DNA of 64,000 nt from Ruditapes philippinarum (Eukaryota). The first letter of the stretch is position 1. Each line of letters opens with the position of its first letter. The notes under the pieces are model-generated. The model saw only the letters and a list, made by a program, of their open reading frames with translations. It was not told where the DNA came from and did no database searches. Below are positions 36,349 to 48,468 of the stretch, in pieces. The DNA is taken from contig NW_026866507.1 of NCBI RefSeq assembly GCF_026571515.1, positions 124,001 through 188,000 on the forward strand, written 5' to 3'. The position numbers and the translations under genes are program-made.

Positions 36349-37565
36349 AACTGTAACCGAAATCTGGGTATAAACTGTAACAAAATCGGAAAAAAATTGC
36401 TAGGTCTATGCTGTAACACTGCACAAATCACCTCGCTCTATACTGTAACATTGTTTATTTTTTCAAACGCATTTAACGAACAGGAAAATAGGTTCAACTG
36501 GTCATTTACTTTTATAAACGTTTTCTAACATAAAGGACTAACGTTTTGCAGATTTACTTTTTCTAGGCATGCATAAATAATGTCGGAATGGGAGAAAAAT
36601 GCGTTGGTCTCTCGATTCAAATTTTCAAAATGTCAAATCTGCATTTTTACGAGACAATATAGAGATAAATCTGCGGTGCAGAGTCTGAAGAAATATATGA
36701 CTAGATACCGGATTCTGTTCCTTACAAGCAAAGCACAAAAACATCTTTTAGAAACTAAACTACTTGTAGTATGGACCTGAATAAAAATTACCTACCTGTC
36801 CTCCAAACAAATAACCCTCCATCTTTAAAATTCTATACTGTAACCGGAAAACGCGATACTGTAACACGTTCCCTACGGTGTATATATACTGTTAGAAATA
36901 TAGAAAAACATGTACAAACGTACGCGTATCTGACCTTTTGTACAAGTACAAGATACAATGTATGCAAAATAACACCTCAAATGCATGATATTTTCCTAAA
37001 TCATCGCAATAAATTATTCGTATCAATGGTGTCTGATCACAATGATAACCCTATATTTAAACTATCAAATGTATCCTTACACGTAGGTGTAAGTCTGATT
37101 TTGTCTTTGTTAATTTTGATCCGGTGCATTAATAATAGATCTTAATTAAGTCAACAATAAATCAATAAAACGGGTGTAAAGTGTTAAATCATTGTAAAAT
37201 GCCACATGAAGCGTTATGATTTTTATGTTTCAGTGAAAACATGCCTTATCATGGACTTATTACTAACTTTTAAATTTGTACTTTCAGACTTACATAAACT
37301 TGCCACGTTTATTTTCATTGTTCATATCATAAGAATAGGTAAGACAACTTTGATATAATATGATGTAAGTAAAAGATAGGCAGATGCTTTGATGTTTTAC
37401 ATACAACAGCGTATTGTTTGGCAATATTGACATGAGACTGATAAATTTTCGAGACGCGTTTCGTTAGTTTCCGTAATTCATTACGATTTACCCATTAATT
37501 TTTATTGATAGTAAAGTTTACATTGATATGCATAATAATTATTGTGACCTGATAACCTAGTGGTG

Positions 37566-38487
37566 AACCCGCGGTCTCACTAGCTTACTCCCGGCAAAGC
37601 CCAGGACCACCTCGGTAAGTTACTGGGATGATCAGGGTCGATCCGGGGTGAAATTATTGTTGTGGTCACACTCCGGCAGCACTCAGTAATTCCAAACTTA
37701 CCACCAGGATGCGCTCCGGACCATCCAGGCAGAGACCACGTGAAGCTAAAGTTCATGCCGGTGCTTCCCCGGTCGTTCCCGGATGACGTCGGCAGAGCCC
37801 CGGTTGACCAAGGCAAAGCGACGGTCGATCCAGGCAGAGCCCAGGATGATCCCAGCAGAGCCCCGTTGGATTGAAAACGCGTGAAAATGATTACGTTGAT
37901 ACATAATTTTCATTTAATATAATATCTCTTGTTCCAGAACAGAGATTCGTGATGATTTTCTGAATAACCCTTATGAAGGGAACGGGGAGGGGTTTTAATA
38001 CAAACAAGTGCAATCAATTGCAGGCAAATTGTAGTGATTCTTTTTAAATGAACCGGGCTTTGCCGGGGCTCTAACGGGATCAACTGTAGCACCATCGTCA
38101 TGCTCCGGGGCTCTGCCAGCATCATCCGGGGCTCTGCCGTCATTCACCGGAGCTCCCTGGCATTCACCGGGGCTCTACTGTAGTTCTACCGGCTATATCG
38201 TACCCCGGATCATCCCCGGTTTGTGCCGACAGAGCTTCGATGCTTCCCCGGTGTAACCCCGGTCGTTCCCGGCAGAGCTAAGGAGGAACCGGGAAAAGCT
38301 ATACTTCCCGGATCATCCCGGTGATATTAAATATTTTATTCCATCCGGGGTCGAATGCCGGATGTTCCCGGATCATCGCGGACGTTGCCGGCAGAGTTAC
38401 GGACGTACTCCGGTTGTTCCCGGCCGTTCCTGGATCACCCCGGACGTCTTCCGGGGCTCTGCCGGGATGTAATTGAGACAGCAGCTT
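37566..38487. mobile_element. GC-rich CCGG/CCCGG-repeat non-autonomous element (PIF/Harbinger-like)
   Basis: Imperfect TIR ACCCGCGGTCTCACTAG..TCCCGGC / GCCGGGATGTAATTGAGACAGCAGCT; two GC-rich arms of GGCAGAGCCCCGG-type motifs in opposite orientation around an AT-rich core. Confidence 0.6.
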
Positions 38488-41400
38488 TAAGTATGATGAC
38501 ATTGCTATCGCGAAACTGTAGGTTCGAATCCTCGATAAACTATTTTTTTTATATTTTTTTTTGTAATTATATGCGACATTATTGTATAAATTATTTGATT
38601 ATTTCTCGGTATTTTTTTTTAATTAAACATGTATATGCCTTAGTAATTTTACATAATTTCAATATGTAATGTCGTATAATGGGTGATTGGCATGTAAAAA
38701 ACATAGTAATCAAGTTTCGAAAAATAAAGAAAAGAAGAAAAAAAAAACAATGAAATAATGTTTCACTAAGATTCAAATTAAATCCGAAAGTTTTAAGTCA
38801 TTGTCAGTGAGACTTTTTCGGCAAGTGTTTTGTTACTAACGTTAAGTTATACGTTAACCATGTTTACCGTTATGCCATACTTTAAAATTCGTAAGACTGC
38901 TTCGGAATACGATAATCGAAAAAAAAGTCATTGAATATTCAAATGTCTCAGGACAATAGTATCATTTAATACACTGTAAGTGTAAATGTTAAAGAATAGA
39001 ACAAATCTTGAACGCCTATTTGCAACAGATATTGAACGCCAAGACGCGTTCTATTTCTTAATATTAGTGTTCAATTTTTGTCTCCAACTGTTCATATATT
39101 AACGCCTAATGAACATCTAGTGTTCAAATTTTAACGTTGACGTTAAAATCCTAACACAAAACCATTCCATTAAAGAATATGTTGTGAACATTCAGGTGTT
39201 CTACTTTAAAATGCCAGACGCGTTCAATTCCGATGCAACAGATATTGAACGCATAGAACACGGAGAAATCATATTAAGATTTATTTAATTATTTTCAGTT
39301 ATTCACAATAACAAAATGAATAATGTTATTCAAAATTTCTTATTTTTTCTAACTCTAAGCCTTATAAACAGTTATAAAGAAAAAATATCTAAAAGACTTT
39401 AACAATTATGATTAGAACACATTAACATAAATTATGTTTTACAAAGTCCTTACGGTAATTTTTAGTACATGTTAACTTGTGAGAGTCTTGAAAACATAAA
39501 CAATAAACAATGTTTTATGTCGAAAACAAAGTTAATTTCAAGTCACTGAATTTTAAACACAAACAAACACTATCCACAGCAATTGTCCTCTCCTCTGAAT
39601 ATCATCAGTTTGTGTGGGGTGTTTTCATTTGTCTCTATAAATTTAGCTGGAAAATCATCTTCTTCGTTATCCTGGAAAATATAAATAGAAATTATTTACA
39701 TGTACATAATTTATATTTCCAACACTTGCTAAGTATTTGATTGTTCTATCCACATAGGTATTCATAGATATTTCAAGGGATCAACAGAACCGTATAAGTT
39801 AAAGACAGTACTTATATAAGAGTAAGACCAATGTTGGAATTTAAATATTGTCGAATCTATTGTATTGTTTAAGAAAACAAACCTCAACGATCTGTATGGA
39901 AGTCCTGAAATTACATCCCCTTCTTATTTCTGTAAGTATTTTGCTCCAGTTTCTATAGATCTATACAGCAGTTCAAGGCGTTCAGCACTTCTTGTTCCAC
40001 AACAGTACTTACTTACTAGCTATCCTATTAAAATATAAAGCAACACAAATAATTATATATCATTTAAAGATCTACATACAGAATTTAAATAATTAATTAA
40101 TCTTAGCAGACTGCTCAGAAAAAATCTACATTCTCACATAGATCTACATGTATATGTAGAATTAGGTCTAGATTCTACTCCTTGTAAAAAAAATAAAGAG
40201 ACACGTTATGCCATTGTGAACTACAACATATCGACTAAGTTCTAAACAAACACATAAATCCATTTAATAAAAATAAAATGTATGGATAAAAAAGATGCTA
40301 ATGAAGTGTATGTTACTTCTTAAAAGTTTATACCGTATTTTTCGTCAGCTTTATTTTCGTTGTTGTTGTTGTATTTAATGTGCCCTCGTGCGGATGCTAA
40401 TTATGACGTCACAAATCTTTTTTAGACACGTTCTCAATTAGAACATCCAGGAACTTGTATATCTATCATACTTAAATTCTATACCCTGTTGTTTCCGAGA
40501 TGATTATGGACAATCGACGTGAGTTCCAAATAAAAATTTTCGCATGTACGCGACCCATTCCAGCTTAAGACTGTACATGATTAAAGTTTATGGAGAAAAG
40601 TGCAACGGATACAACTAGAAATTATTATTCGGGTTAGTTACAGAAGCAGAGGATCGAACTTCCTAGGGTGAAACAAATAAAGCATTATATTTGGAATGTG
40701 TTAAAGTTGACAAGCAATAGATGGATGAATATCTCATTTAAAATATATTAAAATATTTATCACTCTTGTGATGATCTAGCTGTGAGTTTCATTATATTTT
40801 CAGCTGAAGGTCAATGTACAAGCGATACAAGGCCCCTCGTTTTAAGTTCATCCAACTCCATCCAATACTTCTCCTCTCCAGCGTATCCGGCTGACTATCC
40901 TCCGTATGTACTTTACCAAAGTCTACTCGTAGGCGTTTATCTGAGTAGAGTTAGTAACGATATCCAGGGGTTGGTGGTTTGACCCTCAGGAGATGTGTAA
41001 TTTCTCTGAATGAGTGTAACGGTCATTTGTCTCTCAGTGCTTTAAAATTGAGAACTCATGTGAGATTATCAGTTGGTCACAATTTGAGAACTTGGTAATT
41101 ACTGGCAAGTTATCCAGGAAAGCCGGGTATGTGGATCCTTCCCCGAGATATGACCCAAAATGTGTTAAAAATAATTAAACAAACAAACATACATAATTGA
41201 TTTTTTCGTCATTCATTTCAGGGTTTTATCGAAAAGAACAATTCTAGTGTTTTAATCACACTAGAGTTATTTAATTCTTTCTTTTTTGACAGAAAATATG
41301 TATTACGCTTTATGAGTATTCAACTGATTTTACGGGAGAGTCATTCCTAATTAAGTCATTGCCGCGGAAGTGTTATTGTGACGTGTACAATCATAGCAAA

Positions 41401-41790
41401 ATACATATTCAGACCCTACATTAAAATCTAATGACTTTCCGCTTCATAATCATAGTTAATGAGATGCGTGTTTACTTTATCCCCCGGGTTACTTCTTTGT
41501 GATATCATTTAAATATTTTCACCAGGAATGCGGACTGTACCTGGCACATACAGGCCCCGAATGAATACGACAAGATTATTTTGAATGTAGAGCTGTTCCG
41601 TACACAACAAGATGAGTTTCTCAAGATATATGATGGCGGTAAATAGTTTCCATAGTTAACATCATGTTTTTAGATATATAATTTCTTTGTAATGCCTTTT
41701 TATTTCTTGTTCCAGATGATAATTTATGTTTGAGCTTTAAGTATAATGTTATTGATTATCTGTTATAATTCTAAAGTAGTTAATTCTGTT

Positions 41791-42007
41791 GGTTTATACA
41801 AATTTATTTTAGTTTGATTGTATTGGAAGCTATAAGCTTATAGAAACACTCTCAAATCCGTTCCTGGAACCAACCAGTACTAAGCAATGAATGTAAAGTT
41901 TCTTGCTCAAGGAAACAACGGCTTGCCCCTGACAGGGTTTGAACCCATGCGTTAAGCAATCCTTAGATTGCTAGTCCGACGCGTTAACCACTCGGCTACG
42001 CCGCCAC
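41791..42007 (-). mobile_element. Full-length tRNA-derived CORE-like SINE
   Basis: Minus: GGCGGCGTAGCCGAGTGGTTAA (A box), GGGTTCAAACCC (B box), GTTTCCTTGAGCAAGAAACTTTAC (CORE-like); 11 bp TSD TTAATTCTGTT at 41780-41790 and 42008-42018. Confidence 0.85.
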
Positions 42008-42815
42008 TTAATTCTGTTTAAATCTGTAAACTATCTTTTACTAGACTAAACCCGTGTTTCGAGACAGGGAACTTCGAGTCGCGTGTCTTACATGTATTTA
42101 TTCAGTGAGTTCGATCGGTTTTGATTTATGTTCAGGAACTGTGACTGGAACACTATTGGCAGAGATAGATGATACAAATCAGAAACAGTCCAATGCATTT
42201 GTTAGTCCTGGTGATGAACTGTATTTCACGTTCCAATCTGACGGGGAAAATGAGGCTACTGGTTTCAATATTCTTTTCTTCTCGAATCAATCAGGTATAT
42301 GTGTATGTCAAAATTACCTAATTTATTGCGTATTATCATTAACCTGATATGCATTTACACCATTACACTATTCTTAAACCATTGATAGGCAATGACGAAA
42401 ATTAATTATCTTACATCATTGCTGAAAACAATCATTTCAAAATCAAATCAAGTACAAGTACAATGTCCAAATCATTGAATAAAAATAAACTCGATTCATG
42501 GATGAAAAACACATTTGTACATGTATTGTAATTTTCTTTATTGTTAGTTATCCAATCATATAACGAAATACAATGTATAATATTTTATTTAAGCCAATCA
42601 GCATGCGTGTGGCGAGACTATAACAGTTTCATCAGCACCACAGATATTTATGTCCCCGAATTTACCAAATCAGTTTACAGCGTAAGTACAAGCTATACAA
42701 AAAAGTCAAAAAAGATATTTTATTATTTACTAAAGTATTTCTTTATGAAACATGCATAACGTTATCACATTTCATTTTATAGAGGTGATGCATCTCTTAA
42801 AAATCATTAGCTTTC

Positions 42816-43420
42816 TACCGTGACCCAAATTCGGCGTTCTCCTAAATTCGGCATTGTTTTGTTTTTCATCATTCACGTGAGATTTCAGAGGTGAAGGTCA
42901 ATCATGTTTATGTCCCACGGTCTATTTTTACAACTCCAGTGATTTTCTGCGCTAAATATGGAGATACGGCTGGTAAACATTAAAAATTGTATATGACATG
43001 GAGAAAATTGTGTGTTTTACCTGATGCAATTTTAAGTTTATATATACTTTCCTCTATTTGATTGATGTTGTTGCTTAAAATAATTTGACAGTCGCCGTTT
43101 TTATCTAATATTAAACTAACTATTTTTACTGCCGATCTAGGTCAACATACTACGTCACAATCCCGCCAAAATAAAAAAATTACTGCAACCAATCAGAGTC
43201 GCCGAATTTAGGTGACGTTTTCAGATCGTAGTAAGATTTTACATCAGCCATATATGTTTATATTTGGCAACCCCTGAACGATTACATTGTTAGAAATCAA
43301 TTTCAAGTAATTTTTAAATATTTGTAGTAAAATTATATCAAGTATAATTATATATTACTGTAATTTATTGAAAATGCCATTGTCATTTGTTCTTATATCG
43401 CCGAATTTAGGTTACACCGG
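42816..43420. mobile_element. MITE (Tc1/mariner-pogo-like TACCG end)
   Basis: TACCGTGACCCAAATTCGGCG with repeat CCTAAATTCGGC; inverted GCCGAATTTAGGT at 43201 and ~43400. Confidence 0.6.
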
Positions 43421-43513
43421 GATACTGACACAATGGGAAAATCTTTGATTTCAGCGACGATGGTTGTAATTGGCTTTTCACATCGGCCAGTGGAGCCATT
43501 TCGTTTCAGATAT

Positions 43514-45312
43514 TTTTGGCTTGCAGCCACGGCTGCAAGCCCATTTGTTTTGGAAAACTTGTTCCGGTTAGGTGGTTTCCTGCTTACATTTGTTAGTGCA
43601 TGATTGAACGAGAAACCAACTGCAATCGTGCCAATCGCAACTTTTTGGCCCTTTCCGTCACTCTTCGGTTTAATGATTATAGCCGATGTAGTTCCGATTG
43701 CAATCGTGACAATTCGGGCGATTCCGTCATACTGCGGAATCAGACGAGGTAATATTACGGAAATCTAAGCTATTTTAGTTACTTCGGTAATCCCAGTTTG
43801 TTTATATAAATAGGATTCCTATTTTTACTTGATTTATCGGTTTAAACCGTAATAAATTATAAACGAAATTGTTACGTTTCAATTCTTTTTCAAGACGCAA
43901 AAGTTAGTTTCTTTTATAATTGTTTTTGTCTGTATTAGTTTTGTATGTTAATTGACATATATACCTTATACAATAGAGGATGGTTACGTCTCCAAAGGGT
44001 GGTCTTGCTTACCAAATCACAGAGAATATTAGTGCATGATCGAGTTATATTTAGATCTAATGAACGCAGTAAGGTAATCTAAAAATAGCCCATGCATATC
44101 ATTAACCTTACCGTATCTGTGGTTGTGTAACATAGTTGATACATGCTTATTAATTGGTACCACGTAACGAAGTATTTTAGTGCATTTACTTGTCCATAAA
44201 GATGCTATATAAATGAAATTAGCAACTGCCAAAACGAATGATTTCTCTTGAAATGAAATGTTCCTTGTGACCCCGATGTCTTTTTGCCTTGTATAAGTAA
44301 AGAACAAACTGAGGGTTACTGGTTCATCAATTTAATTTGTAGTGGACACTAGCTTTATATATAATTCCAATTTGGTACATCTCAACATCAAACATCATAT
44401 GTCATACATCATACAACATACACATCACAGTTACATCACATCTACATCACATCTATATCACATCTATATCACATCTATATCACATCTATCAAGCCCTGAA
44501 AGTATAAATACCAAACATCCCATACTATCATGAAATATATATAGTTTTATACATTTGTATATACTACAGTACCTTAAATATACGTAATCTAATATTCTAT
44601 CAACAGATCAGTCTATAGGGATAGACCATTCATTTTATCTCATGTAAATAAATCATGTACACATAAAGTACATCTTTTAATGTATTACATCATATTGTAC
44701 CTGCATCTAGTGACCACTTAATCATTTACTTATAAAACAATATACATTATGTTCAACTTAAGAAATACATATAGCTCTAAAAATATATAAACAATAACAT
44801 ATAAATATAATATAACATACCAATTGTGGATCAGACTCTGTAAATATACCTCTGTCACTCACACCTGTCTCACTGTGCTGTTAATTATGCTGTAAACTGT
44901 AATTTACAAACATCAGTGCAATACAAATAGAAACAGTGATTTCTAGGAATAACTATATTAAAGATAAGAACATATGCTGCCATCTTGAATTCTAACACTC
45001 AAGAACAATACAAATTTATCAAAATAACTTTTATCAAATCCACAACTGTATTTAATTACTATAAGTCTTCATTTAGTTGACATTAGAACTTTTAAGAACA
45101 AATGAATAAAAGAAAAGAATTGTTTCCTTTTCAGTATGATAGAATAGTTAGTATTTTTATGATTGATTATTTTCTTTACAAGTTTTATACAATAGAGAAT
45201 AGATTTCAAATTGTTTTGACAAAAAAATATTCGTTTTTACAAAAAAAAAACAACTAAATAAACACTTTATGAAGGCACAACTGTGCAAGCCTTTCCTTTT
45301 AAAAGGAAACTT
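43514..45312 (+). mobile_element. Helentron-like element inserted at a TT inside a CUB exon
   Basis: 5' T-run then palindrome GGCTTGCAGCC-AC-GGCTGCAAGCC; 3' TGCAAGCC then hairpin TTTCCTTTTAAAAGGAAA; removal restores an open CUB exon. Confidence 0.8.
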
Positions 45313-45570
45313 TATTCATGGATATGGCCAGTTGTAAAACGGAGTTCCTATCATTCTATATGGGCAAGTCAGTTTTGATTATCACTTCCGCATTTTTGCT
45401 TAACATCATTCACTATTACATTGTTATAATTGTGACAGCTGAAATCTAACAGGAACTTTTGTAAGAAATATCTAACGTTATGTTAAATGTTCATAGAAGT
45501 GCAAACTCGTTTGAATAACATCTTAACTAAATCTCAAATAGCCGTTGTCTAATCGGTATTTTGTAATTTC

Positions 45571-45773
45571 TGTAGTCTTATTTCGTCATTTCGGTATCCT
45601 TTTCCTCATCACTTCAAAAACACATATCTCATAGTTTGTGTAGTCCCTTCTATTTTCATTTCTGTAACTTTTCCCTCATCACTTCAGTAACAGTTACCTC
45701 ATAGTTTGTGTAATCCCTTATCTCGTCATTTGTGTAACCTTTTCCATATCACTTCAAAAACATTTATCCCATA
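45571..45773. repeat. ~70 bp minisatellite, 3 diverged copies
   Basis: TCATTT...ATCACTTCA...CATA recurs at ~68-70 bp spacing. Confidence 0.75.
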
Positions 45774-47004
45774 TCGGCCACTACTAGAACCACTATCCAA
45801 TCATTCCGGTTCCTTTATCTTGGAATTTCAAGAACCGTTATAGCATCGTTTTAAATGCGTATATATGATCATTTCAGGGACCTCTTCTGACAGCAACTTG
45901 CTTGTTCAGGAATGTGAAACAGCCTTTGTATATGAATTTCCTGCAATTAGTACTACCGGTTCTAATGCATATGTAGAATGGACAGTAAGCCAAGACGCTA
46001 TTGGATACGGTTTCATGTTTGCGTTCCTGCAAGGTGTTGGTAATTTTATTCTTGTACTTGTAGAAAATATTGAGTCTAAAACAGGCTGGCGAAATTATTA
46101 ACAAATTATAGCATCCTGCCTTCAGATGGTAAAAAATGAAATGAAATAAAATAAGAAAAAATGATAACAAAAAAATTAAAGTAAACGATAAATCTATCTT
46201 TACTGAAAGAAAGAAGGTTGAAAAAACTGTCAGTTATTTGTGCTTCTTCGTAGCATAATCTTTTGCGTTACTTACGCAGTAGCCGATATAAATAGAAAAG
46301 ATTATTTATTCAATGTGGTCACGTGTCGTAATAGTGGTTGGGAAAATTTCCAGGGATTTGGTACGCCCTTTCCACGTATTTCAATTTTAGTTAATGTTCA
46401 GGCTGGTACTAGTATATTGCTCTTATCATATTTCAAGCTAAAATTAAATCAATATTCCTGTCAATATGTTTTATGATTTTATGAAATTATTAATCAATAA
46501 AAGAGACTTATTATTCAATACAGCTCTGTGTTAATATCAATAACTTTAAGTGCAACATATTACGACAAATATCAAAGCTAAAGCGGTTTCCTCATTTCCC
46601 GATTCCACGTCCCGTGCGTTCAGTATCACGCATTCCATCTCGTGGTACATTAAATAAATAATCGTGATGAAAAAGACCGTAGTATAATAAAAGAAGCCAG
46701 GTCAGGGCTGGGAATCAAAAGTGCATCCTTAAATGTAAACAAACGCCGCCATCTTGGAACGAAAAAGGTATGTTTTTGTTGTTACTCTTTTTGTTGGAAA
46801 TGACTGAAAACAAGATACCCGGTATATCTATTAACGCGGTCCACTATTTCCGCTATGTTTCTGAATTTATTTGATATCTTTCTATCTTCAAGTTTAAATG
46901 ACTATCAGATTAACTCATTTCACTGTCGCGAATACATGCGACAAATGTTAGTTTTCAATTATTACGATGACTTTGTTCTATAAGATATGAATTAACAGTG
47001 TTAC

Positions 47005-47078
47005 CTTTCCACTTCGCTATAGTTCAAAGAAAAATGGTGATCTGTTAGCAGTGATTTTTAAAATAAATTCTTTGACAC
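47005..47078 (-). pseudogene. SURF2: Decayed copy of SURF2 exon 1
   Basis: Aligns with 27382-27450; ATG changed to GTG, indels present, donor AAG|gtaac retained. Confidence 0.8.
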
Positions 47079-47108
47079 TTTCACGTGTTTCTATTTATTT
47101 AGTTATCT

Positions 47109-48468
47109 ACATGGTTTTAAAAAGCAACGCACAACTGGAAGTCATTTTCTTCCCAATCTTCAAGACCTGTCATCAGCCCTGGATCAAGAGGAACAAGTAG
47201 ACGCTTTACTACTAGACTTCAGTAAGTTGTTCGACGTTCTGCCTCACTAACGACTCCTTTCCAAGGTGAACCAACCCGGCATTAGAGGAACAGTCCGAAG
47301 CTGGACCCGGAGCTCCCTGTCTAAACTCAGCCAACAAGTTGTCGTCAGCATCTTCCTCAGTCACTCCAGGCAACAGTATTAGGTACGTTGCTGTTCCTTT
47401 TTACATCAACGACCTACCAAGGTGTGTGACTTCCATCAGCCGCTTATTTGCTGACGAGAGCCTGATTTACAGAATAATTGAATCAGAAGATGACGCACAA
47501 GCTGTTCAAAGAAGACCTTGATTGACTTCAGGAATGGGAACGGAAGTGGATGATGTCTTTTAATCCCAGCAAATGTGAAGTAATATACATCACCAAGAAA
47601 AAAAAACATCATTCATGCCTACAAGGTCCATCAATCAACTTTTCAATCAGTCTAAAGTGGAAAGTGCCTTGGTGTCAACATTGCAAAAAATCTCTCATGG
47701 AATCTACCACCAAGAAGAACAACAACGCCCTATCATTCATTACAAGAAATATCACAAGCTGCCCGCAAGACATCAAAGCCAAGTCCGACAAGACCCTTGT
47801 AAGACCCATCCTGGAGTAAGCAGGTACAATCTGACACACACACACAGCCATCAACATCAACCAGCTGTAAGATAACAAAGCCAAGTCCGACAAGACCCTT
47901 GTGAGACCCATCCTGGAGTACGCAGGTACAGTCTGACACACACACATACACTGCCATTAACATCAACCAGCTGTAAGCTGTGTAAAGGCGAGCTGCCCAA
48001 TTTGTGAAAGGCGACTACTAGACTACCAGCAGTACCACTGCAATAATGGCCGACCTAGGCTGGCCAACACTACAGCATCACCGCTCCAATACCAAGCTAG
48101 TGATGGTCTACAGGATCACGCACAACCTTATAGATATCCCACCTACACAGTACCTCCATCCCCTGACACTTGGTTGCCATGGCTACGGACACAGATTCCA
48201 TGTCCCATTCTGCAGAACTGACACCATGAAGTTCTCCTTTGTACCCTCAGCCATCCGCCTGTGGAACCAGCTTCCAGAACACTTAGCCACAGCAGTCAAC
48301 CTTGAGGACTTCAAAGGAGAACTAGTCATGGGGCCCTAATATGCCGGAATTGTTTTCATTTCTACCCTGTTCTTCTTTTAAATTTTCACTTATTCGCCGC
48401 ACAAAACTTTGTACATAAACCCTGTGCGTTAATGCCCCAGAGCGGGTTATGTACAATACTGGAAGAAG
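47109..48468 (+). mobile_element. 5'-truncated, decayed LINE (CR1/RTEX-like RT 3' part)
   Basis: LDFSK.FD..PH, YINDLP, LFADE, WMMSFNPSKCEV, TLVRPILEY, FSFVPSAIRLWNQLP across frames with stops; GAAGAAG tail; absent from the paralogous site at ~27483. Confidence 0.88.

Larger units (their letters stand above)
28738..36880. mobile_element. Non-autonomous long-TIR DNA transposon (CAC...GTG ends, 3 bp TSD), host of the LTR element
   Basis: CACCGTAGGGAACGTGTTACAGTATCGCGTTT / AAACGCGATACTGTAACACGTTCCCTACGGTG; inverted similarity ~550 bp (28738-29228 plus 34467-~34525 vs ~36335-36880); TAT on both flanks; absent from the paralogous site near 49675. Confidence 0.88.

Noticed and set aside
37580-38669. 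GC-rich short ORFs
   Set aside because: Fall within a CCGG-repeat non-autonomous element and show no protein motifs.
39896-39931. Possible initiator exon MEVLKLHPLLIS|gtaagt after a TATA-like motif
   Set aside because: Phase 0 donor does not fit the phase 1 CUB exon at 40804 and I found no bridging exon; left unassigned.
41935-42007. tRNA gene
   Set aside because: A and B boxes belong to a SINE head with body, tail and TSD; the same applies near 9110 and 21040.
46730-46775. GCCGCCATCTTG (YY1-like, or AAGATGGCGGCG start on minus) with a donor-like AAG|gtatgt
   Set aside because: Minus-strand reading stops after 7 codons and no linked exons were found; motif alone is insufficient.
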